This document shows, in pieces, positions 16,176 through 22,350 of a stretch of 22,350 nucleotides of DNA. Every line of letters begins with the position of its first letter. Position 1 is the stretch's first letter. The notes under the pieces were generated by a model. That model made no database searches and had not been told where the DNA came from. It saw only the letters and a list, made by a program, of their open reading frames with translations. Source of the DNA: Fibrobacteria bacterium (GTDB lineage: Bacteria; Fibrobacterota; Chitinivibrionia; Chitinivibrionales; FEN-1185); assembly GCA_037447435.1 (NCBI GenBank), contig JBBIGR010000060.1:1-22350 (forward strand), given 5' to 3'. The position numbers and the translations under genes are program-made.

Positions 16176-17981
16176 TTACTTTAATACAACCGTTTGACTC
16201 CCGGTTTCATTGCCGCAGCGCCATCTTACGATGTACGCTCCGGACGAAAATTCATTTCTCGCCAAACAGACCGTGCCGTCGGCAGCGGAAAGCGATCTGG
16301 AAAGTTTTCCCCGGACATCGAACAGCGAAACCGTGACATTTTTATGGACGCTAAAATTCAAATTGACACCATGAGTCGCATTCGCCGACACTCGGATTTT
16401 TTCGGCAACAGCCGCGGACCCGTGTGAAGCCGGAAGCAAAGATACCGGAGTGGTTCCCATGGTTATGCTCACCGTATGCTTCCCTGTCAAAGAACCGCCG
16501 ACAAACGCCGCCTGCGCAACGCCGTCCAGCTTGAATGCCTGAAGGTATTTTCCGGATCCGCTAACCGTTATGTTAAGCGTGTCTTTGCGATAGAGAAAAT
16601 TGTTCAAGGTCATGCCGTTTTTGAACGTGTCCGGCACGGTCGGATCGAACCTGATTCCGTCGACATCAAAATTCATTCCAAAAAGTCCATGAACAACCAT
16701 GGAAAAATATCCTGCCGCGCTCCATAACTGCCGGTGCCCGCCGTCGGGCGCGCCGTCTTCAGGATGATAAAATTCCAAGAATTCCCCTCCGGTGGTCGGC
16801 TTATTCGATGCGGTATTTCGAGTGTCGGGTTTCGCCCAGAGCCGGGCCAGCTTATCTAATTCATTCATGAAAACGTTGACGTTCTTCTCTTTCGACGCTG
16901 CCCAGGCGTAATATCCCTGAACAAACGGCCAAATCATTCCCGTATGATAATAATCGGCGTCCGCGTTTGTCTGGCAACCCGTTTTTACGTAGCACATCCA
17001 ATCGGGATCTTGAGGATATTGACACATGACACCCCACGCGCTTGGGACCGTATTATTCAGAATACTTGCTTTTTTAGCGGAATCGGCAATATCGTACAGA
17101 ATTGCAAAAGCGTCCGCAAGCCCTTCATTGCGATCGAGTTTGGTCGTTCCGTCTTGATATTTTACGTAATAATAATACCCTTTCGATGCATTCCATAATT
17201 GTTTGTTAATTGCATTTTTTATCGTTGAAGCCCTTACACTGAGCGTGTCGATCGTTGCTTGCGATTTTCCAAGAAGCTTTGCCATCGAATCGGCGACAAT
17301 CCATGCGTGATAATACAGCATGTTCGTGCTTCCGCTCTTGGTGTTGCCGACTGCCGGCTTGGTCATGACGGAATAGTCCTGATTACCCTGAAACGCAACG
17401 GGATAGCCGCTGTTCGATTCCATAAACGACGAACAGCCCCGGTACAAACTATCCGTTTTGTCAAGAACGGTCCACCCGCCGGCTCCGGGCGTTTCAGCCA
17501 TTAAAAGCGAATTCCGCACAATAGGATACGCCCAAGCTAAAAACGATTGGTCGCCGGTGACGCGATAATAAGCCCAGGCGCCGGTAGCCCATACGACTCC
17601 GTCCGTAAGATTCGGCCATCCGCCGAAGTGGCCGCATACATCCTGTCTTTGTGCCAAAGCCCCGTTCCATGTCGCCGTGTTGTAGTTAAAAGTGTTTTTT
17701 GAAGTTGCAGGATCAAGATGGGCTGCGGCCATTTCAATTGAATACGAACCGTCGCGTTCCCACACTTGCGACCAGAACGATCCTGCGTTGAACACTTTGC
17801 TGCCGTCGGCGGCAGTAACCGTATTGGTGTCGATATTCGCTTTGGCGTTTTTAAACGGGTTATCGTATTTCGGATTTCCCGATGCAAACGCAAAGTTTTC
17901 GGCAAAAACGGTGCCGGTTGCGAAGCATGTAAAAATCAACGTACCCAGAATTAATTTCTTCTTAAGAAAACAAAATTTCAT
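16176..17981 (-). CDS. Secreted (alpha/alpha)6-barrel glycoside hydrolase (amylo-alpha-1,6-glucosidase/MGH1-like) with C-terminal sorting domain
   Basis: Signal peptide; WERDGSYS, WPNLTDGVVW, INKQLWN, YHTGMIWPFVQG, QLWSAAG, GLFGMNF...GIRFDP beta domain; CTD LFDVRGK...SSGAYIVR. ATG at 17981 with GGGGAGGA RBS preferred over 18029. Confidence 0.83.
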   Translation of the reverse strand: MKFCFLKKKLILGTLIFTCFATGTVFAENFAFASGNPKYDNPFKNAKANIDTNTVTAADGSKVFNAGSFWSQVWERDGSYSIEMAAAHLDPATSKNTFNYNTATWNGALAQRQDVCGHFGGWPNLTDGVVWATGAWAYYRVTGDQSFLAWAYPIVRNSLLMAETPGAGGWTVLDKTDSLYRGCSSFMESNSGYPVAFQGNQDYSVMTKPAVGNTKSGSTNMLYYHAWIVADSMAKLLGKSQATIDTLSVRASTIKNAINKQLWNASKGYYYYVKYQDGTTKLDRNEGLADAFAILYDIADSAKKASILNNTVPSAWGVMCQYPQDPDWMCYVKTGCQTNADADYYHTGMIWPFVQGYYAWAASKEKNVNVFMNELDKLARLWAKPDTRNTASNKPTTGGEFLEFYHPEDGAPDGGHRQLWSAAGYFSMVVHGLFGMNFDVDGIRFDPTVPDTFKNGMTLNNFLYRKDTLNITVSGSGKYLQAFKLDGVAQAAFVGGSLTGKHTVSITMGTTPVSLLPASHGSAAVAEKIRVSANATHGVNLNFSVHKNVTVSLFDVRGKLSRSLSAADGTVCLARNEFSSGAYIVRWRCGNETGSQTVVLK

Positions 17982-18334
17982 TTTGGTCCTCCCCAATACA
18001 AGTGTAGTCCGCATGCTATTTAGTGACATTTTAACTATTGGAATCCATCAATAAGCGTCGTCATTTATTCAGGTTATTTCGAATATATGAATTTTTTTAA
18101 AGCAGTACCGTGATTACTGTTTTATTTAAATAAACATTTTGTTTGGGGAAAAGAGGGCTAAACATCCTGCGGTAATATACACGTAAGGCTTTGATTAATT
18201 AGATGTTTTATTGTTATTTGACGGAAGTTTTATTACAGGGATCTCAATAATTTTTCTATATATTAATATATAATTGAATTGTAATGACTTTGTTGGCGTT
18301 CCATCCAAATCACGCTCTTGTCCGCGGTTTCATC

Positions 18335-18363
18335 TTGACTTTTAAAGAAAAAAGCGGTACAAT
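18335..18363 (+). promoter_or_regulatory. Sigma-70 promoter for the 18482 gene
   Basis: TTGACT-N17-TACAAT, bracketed by a 13-bp inverted repeat (18334-18346 and 18363-18375). Confidence 0.7.
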
Positions 18364-18481
18364 TTGAAAGTCAAGGAAATCCTGAAAAGGACGTTTTCGA
18401 ATATTGTTAAGATTTGCCGGTCTTTTAACATAACACATGCGGCCGGCTCATTTACTATTGCGGGATAAAAGGATTACGGCA

Positions 18482-20092
18482 ATGCGGAAACACGCACAAT
18501 TTGTCTGTATGGTAATAGCTATATCTGCGGGTTTATGCGCTTCAATAACCCATGCGGGGACCTCCGACGACGCAACGGTTGCGTCTGTCAACAAACAAAA
18601 AGCCGAAATTATTGCGGGATTGACCCAGGCCGACGACTATTGCACAAAAATCCGGCTGCAGGACGCGAAAAATAAAATCGACTTGTTGCTGCGTAAATTG
18701 AGTTCTCTGCAAGGTAAAATCACAAAGGAGGAAGCAGCCTCATTTAAAACGAAAATCGACACTATTGCCGCAAGAACTACTGTTCGAGAAGACTCACTTG
18801 CAAAAATTCCGCTCACTATTTTGCATACCGCGGGAGTCGATGAAGCCTTGGCATATATTCAAAACGATTTGAAAAAGTTCGGCGTTTCCGAAAAGAAAAT
18901 AAACAATATCGAAAAAATCGTGCTGCGCGAAGCCCCGAAAGTGCGGCAGGAAATGGAAAAGCAGGCGATTCAAAAAGCAATCATTCTTTTGCAAAACGGA
19001 AAAACCCCTCCCCCGGGCACGGATCCGTATATTATTGCCGCTGCGCAGCGTAGTATCAAGGCGCATAACGACAGTCTTACTGCTTTGGAAAATGAGAAAA
19101 AACGCAAAGATGCCATGGAAAAACAGCGTCAGGAACGGATCGCACAGGAAAAAATCGCAAAAGACAAAAAAGAAGTCGAAGCAAAAGCCGAAAAACTTAG
19201 AAAGGAACAGGAAAAAATCCGACTCGCCGAAATCGAACACACTAAAAAGCAATTGGCCATTGCGGACAAGGCTCACAAAGACAGCGTGGCTGCTCTGCAG
19301 CGAGATAGTATCGCCAAGTCGGTAAAGCAACAGCAGCAACTTGCGATGCAGGAAAAGCAACGCCGGCAAAAGCTCGAAGAACTGCAAAAACAACCCTCGG
19401 CCCGGAAAAATGAGTCTTTGAATAAAACTCGTACCGATACAGTTGCGTTAAAACCGATGACCAAGGATAACCCGGTTGCCTCGCGTACGTCTCCGCCCGA
19501 TCTTCAACAGCTCGAAAAAGAACGTCTCGAACAAATGGCTGCTGAGGAAAAAAAGCAAAAGCAAATAAAACTTGAAGAGGAAAATAGGAAAAAATTAAAA
19601 ATGGCGGCCAGCAGCGACAGCTTCGAAGCCGTGAAAAGAATGCATGATCAAGAAATGATGGAAGCCCGGGAAAAGCAGGAAGTCAAGGACAGGGCGCGGG
19701 CAATGGCATTGGACCTTACCCAAATGCTCGATAAAAACCAGGCATTAAAAGCCATGGATAAACTCCAGGACCAAGGCCTTTTGCTGTCGTCATTGGAACC
19801 TGAAGAATATAATGCGCTTGAGCATGCCATTGTCGTTAAGGCGATTCAGGAATTAACCGAACCGGTTCCCCCAAGTAAAAGAAATGCCGAAACCGCGAAG
19901 TCGCCGCTTCGCCAATCTCTTGACAAAATATATTCCCTGGTCAGGAACGACAAAATAGATGTGGCATATAAGGAATTTAAATTTACCGAAAACTCCCTGG
20001 CCGACTTTTTATCGAAAGCTGAATTCAGGCAATTAAAGTTTTTAGTGGAAGAAGCGTATCGGCTCCGTAAAATTTCAACATTGACCCAGTAA
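18482..20092 (+). CDS. Exported hypothetical protein with long charged coiled-coil
   Basis: Signal peptide ending ITHA; K/E/Q/A-rich central helix; helical N- and C-terminal domains. ATG at 18482 follows AAGGA. Confidence 0.75.
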   Translation: MRKHAQFVCMVIAISAGLCASITHAGTSDDATVASVNKQKAEIIAGLTQADDYCTKIRLQDAKNKIDLLLRKLSSLQGKITKEEAASFKTKIDTIAARTTVREDSLAKIPLTILHTAGVDEALAYIQNDLKKFGVSEKKINNIEKIVLREAPKVRQEMEKQAIQKAIILLQNGKTPPPGTDPYIIAAAQRSIKAHNDSLTALENEKKRKDAMEKQRQERIAQEKIAKDKKEVEAKAEKLRKEQEKIRLAEIEHTKKQLAIADKAHKDSVAALQRDSIAKSVKQQQQLAMQEKQRRQKLEELQKQPSARKNESLNKTRTDTVALKPMTKDNPVASRTSPPDLQQLEKERLEQMAAEEKKQKQIKLEEENRKKLKMAASSDSFEAVKRMHDQEMMEAREKQEVKDRARAMALDLTQMLDKNQALKAMDKLQDQGLLLSSLEPEEYNALEHAIVVKAIQELTEPVPPSKRNAETAKSPLRQSLDKIYSLVRNDKIDVAYKEFKFTENSLADFLSKAEFRQLKFLVEEAYRLRKISTLTQ

Positions 20093-20181
20093 ACCTACCG
20101 CTATAGGTGAGCGATTGTGCATGCAGACGAAGTTTTTTGTTTTTTACCCCCTTTTTTTTCACATCGCGTACATTATATACT

Positions 20182-21279
20182 ATGAGTATGAAACGTCGCC
20201 GTGCATTGTTTTTGTTAATAGGAGTAATTCCATTTTTGGTTTTCGCTGGTCCGGACCAGGACCTCGGCGATTTTAAGGTATTTCCCGATGACAATGTATG
20301 GAAATGGGATATTTCGAATTACCAGGTGCATCCGAATTCGGCCGGTTTTCTTGCGTCAATGGGTACCTCGACAAAACTGCATCCCGATTTCGGAACCGTA
20401 TGGGAAGGCGCACCAATAGGGATTCCCTATCTCGTGGTGACCTCGGCGCAGCCGCTCGTCCCCATCGTATATACCGATTACGGTGACGAAAGCGATCCCG
20501 GCCCGTTTCCGATTCCGCTGACCGCCGCAATCGAAGGCGGGGCCAATTCGGGCGGCGACCGGCACGTGATCACCATTGACAAAGACAGAAAAATCCTTTG
20601 TGAATTGTATTACGCCTTTCCCAGGGCCGCAAACTGGGAAGCCTCGTCGGGCGCAAAATTCGACCTGACGATAAACCAAGATCACCCGCTCGGCTTCACC
20701 TCCGCAGATGCTGCGGGATTGCCGATTTTTCCCGGCCTGGTCCGGTATGAAGAAGTCTATATCAAAAAAGAGGTCAATCACGCGATCCGCCTGACGGTTC
20801 AGAACTCCCAAAACTCCTTCATTTACCCGGCCCGGCATTATGCAAGCGACAAGGCCGATGCCGATTTGCCGCCCATGGGGCTACGGCTGCGGATGAAAGC
20901 GAGCTACGATATCTCCCGCTTTAGTCCGCCTATACAAATCATATGTTCGGCAATGAAGAAACACGGTCTCATCGTTGCCGACAACGGTTCAAATTGGTAC
21001 ATATCCGGCGCGCCGGATCCTCGTTGGAACGACGACACGCTCGGACAGCTTAAAACGATACCGGGCAGCGCGTTCGAGGTGATAGTGACCGTCGATGCGA
21101 AAGGCAATCCGATAAAACCGGCAGGCGTTCTGAATGCCAAAAGCGTTACGCAAAGTAAAACCGTTCCTTTAAGAAGAGTGACCTTCGTACGTGGCCAACT
21201 CAGGATTTCTCAAACGCAACCAAGTTCGGCCGTTGTCAACGCGACCTTCGATATTCGCGGCAGAATTCTCGTGCATTAA
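20182..21279 (+). CDS. Secreted protein with a conserved-looking uncharacterised domain and short CTD-like tail
   Basis: Signal peptide MKRRRALFLLIGVIPFLVFA; motif-dense core (LHPDFG, GIPY, YGDESDPGPFPIP, GDRHV, TSADAAGLPIFPGLVRYEE, PPMG, ADNGS, ISGAPDPRW); ends FDIRGRILVH. Start at ATG 20182 or 20188. Confidence 0.8.
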   Translation: MSMKRRRALFLLIGVIPFLVFAGPDQDLGDFKVFPDDNVWKWDISNYQVHPNSAGFLASMGTSTKLHPDFGTVWEGAPIGIPYLVVTSAQPLVPIVYTDYGDESDPGPFPIPLTAAIEGGANSGGDRHVITIDKDRKILCELYYAFPRAANWEASSGAKFDLTINQDHPLGFTSADAAGLPIFPGLVRYEEVYIKKEVNHAIRLTVQNSQNSFIYPARHYASDKADADLPPMGLRLRMKASYDISRFSPPIQIICSAMKKHGLIVADNGSNWYISGAPDPRWNDDTLGQLKTIPGSAFEVIVTVDAKGNPIKPAGVLNAKSVTQSKTVPLRRVTFVRGQLRISQTQPSSAVVNATFDIRGRILVH

Positions 21280-21391
21280 GTCTCCACATATCAGTATTTG
21301 TTTTTCTTTTCGCAACAAGCTATATTAATTGACAATATATTGCCGTTTCGCAGGAACGTTTTCTTACTGAGCCTCGCAAAGGATTCAAACA

Positions 21392-22084
21392 ATGACAAGA
21401 TTTACGTCATGGGCATTTCTCATTACCGGCGTCGCTTTCTTTGCAACCGGTTGTTCCCCAAAGATCATGATAAACCCCGAATACAAAAACTTTTCGCCTC
21501 ATAAAAAGACCTTGAACATCGCAGTCGTTGGCCCGACCAAAATCGACTATTCCGGCAATATGAACAACGAATTCAGCTCCGAAGGCAGGTATGGGAAAAT
21601 CCGTACCTTTATTTGCGAGGCGACCGCCAATTCGATCAAGGGTATTTCAGGCTTTGATTCTGTCAATGTCCGGCAGTATGACTGTAATTCCTATTGTTCG
21701 AAAACGCTATCCTTCGGCGACTCTATCACTGTCCGGTTACCGTACGACACCTGCAATACCGCAGCCGATTCCCAGGCGATATGGTTGTTTCTCGAGCAAA
21801 CGTTGGTGAAGTCATATCCCTCGGCTCAAATTATAATGATCAATTTTATTCCGGTCGGCGTCATACCGCATAAACCGCTAAGCATATCGGGTAAATTCAT
21901 TTATTGGGACCCCCTCAGGAAAAAGCCCGTCGCATGGGGTCAGGCGTTCGGGTCCTACGACACCGGCGGGGGCGTAACATTGACACATTGGAAAATGGCG
22001 GCAAACGCGTTTGCGCAACAAATGATAAAAGACACTCCGTTTCAAGCTTTGCGCTACGACGCAAAGACAAAACGCGACAAATAG
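21392..22084 (+). CDS. Hypothetical lipoprotein
   Basis: MTRFTSWAFLITGVAFFATG-C lipobox-like signal; AAGGA RBS; alpha/beta mature domain. Confidence 0.75.
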   Translation: MTRFTSWAFLITGVAFFATGCSPKIMINPEYKNFSPHKKTLNIAVVGPTKIDYSGNMNNEFSSEGRYGKIRTFICEATANSIKGISGFDSVNVRQYDCNSYCSKTLSFGDSITVRLPYDTCNTAADSQAIWLFLEQTLVKSYPSAQIIMINFIPVGVIPHKPLSISGKFIYWDPLRKKPVAWGQAFGSYDTGGGVTLTHWKMAANAFAQQMIKDTPFQALRYDAKTKRDK

Positions 22085-22142
22085 GCGCAGATATTCTGGG
22101 ACATGGCATAGTTATGACTGTCGCGGACGCAACACAAAAGCA

Positions 22143-22349
22143 TCACCGGTACACATTTATTTTTTTAACTGCAGACGGTACCAATGGATGGGAAACATTG
22201 ACAATATACCATCCTTTCGGAAGTTTATACGGCAGGGCAAATGAAACGGTGCCCGGCTCTGTCGCCAGGAATTTCCCCGTGCAATAGGATTTGCCTGCGA
22301 GAGAAAATACTCCGACCTCGTACGCACCGGCGCGCGCTGCATAAAAAGC
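22143..22349 (-). CDS. 3' end of a secreted protein: C-terminal sorting domain (gene starts outside the window)
   Basis: Hand translation: AFYAARAGAYEVGVFSLAGKSYCTGKFLATEPGTVSFALPYKLPKGWYIVNVSHPLVPSAVKKINVYR*, matching the T9SS type-A CTD pattern (FSLxGK, LPxGxYIV, KKI). Confidence 0.8.
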   Translation of the reverse strand, partial: AFYAARAGAYEVGVFSLAGKSYCTGKFLATEPGTVSFALPYKLPKGWYIVNVSHPLVPSAVKKINVYR

Positions 22350-22350
22350 G

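Noticed and set aside
18794..19393. 199-aa Phe/Leu-rich minus-strand ORF that looks like a membrane protein
   Set aside because: Mirror of the Lys/Glu-rich codons of the coiled-coil gene.
21329..21360. TTGACA upstream of the lipoprotein as a -35 box
   Set aside because: No plausible -10 hexamer at 16-18 nt spacing.
22104..22119. TGGCATAGTTATGACT as a sigma-54 promoter
   Set aside because: No GC at -12, and it points into a convergent gene end.
22157..22342. 61-aa ORF from the track
   Set aside because: Wrong frame; the frame ending at 22143 gives a clear C-terminal sorting domain.
1..22350. CRISPR arrays, tRNA/rRNA genes, IS elements, prophage or defence genes
   Set aside because: No regularly spaced repeats, RNA gene signatures, or transposase, integrase or nuclease motifs seen by eye; a covariance-model scan was not possible.

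Overview
Bacterial chromosomal window with no rRNA, tRNA, CRISPR array or transposase detected. The lineage is probably FCB-group, most likely Fibrobacterota (Chitinivibrionales-like); this is inferred from several proteins with C-terminal T9SS-like sorting domains and a tandem-GntR/LacI regulator. Left part: a minus-strand A2-type haem-copper oxidase operon (DUF2231-like, sco, coxA, coxC, coxD, partial coxB), then a quinone oxidoreductase and a convergent ferritin/rubrerythrin-like protein that lacks iron ligands, each with a perfect sigma-54 promoter. Middle: a GT-C glycosyltransferase coupled to a secreted GH18, an AT-rich orphan membrane gene, and a xylose-isomerase-like gene plus xylulokinase divergent from the regulator. 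Right part: a secreted (alpha/alpha)6 glycosidase followed by an unannotated outer-membrane beta-barrel, a secreted coiled-coil protein, a secreted protein of unknown function, a lipoprotein and the 3' end of another sorting-domain protein. Best leads: the twin sigma-54 redox module, a SusCD-less carbohydrate locus whose isomerase has a hybrid metal-ligand set, and enrichment of Bacteroidota-type D(S/T)x O-glycosylation motifs in exported proteins. All family assignments are by eye from motifs, without database searches.
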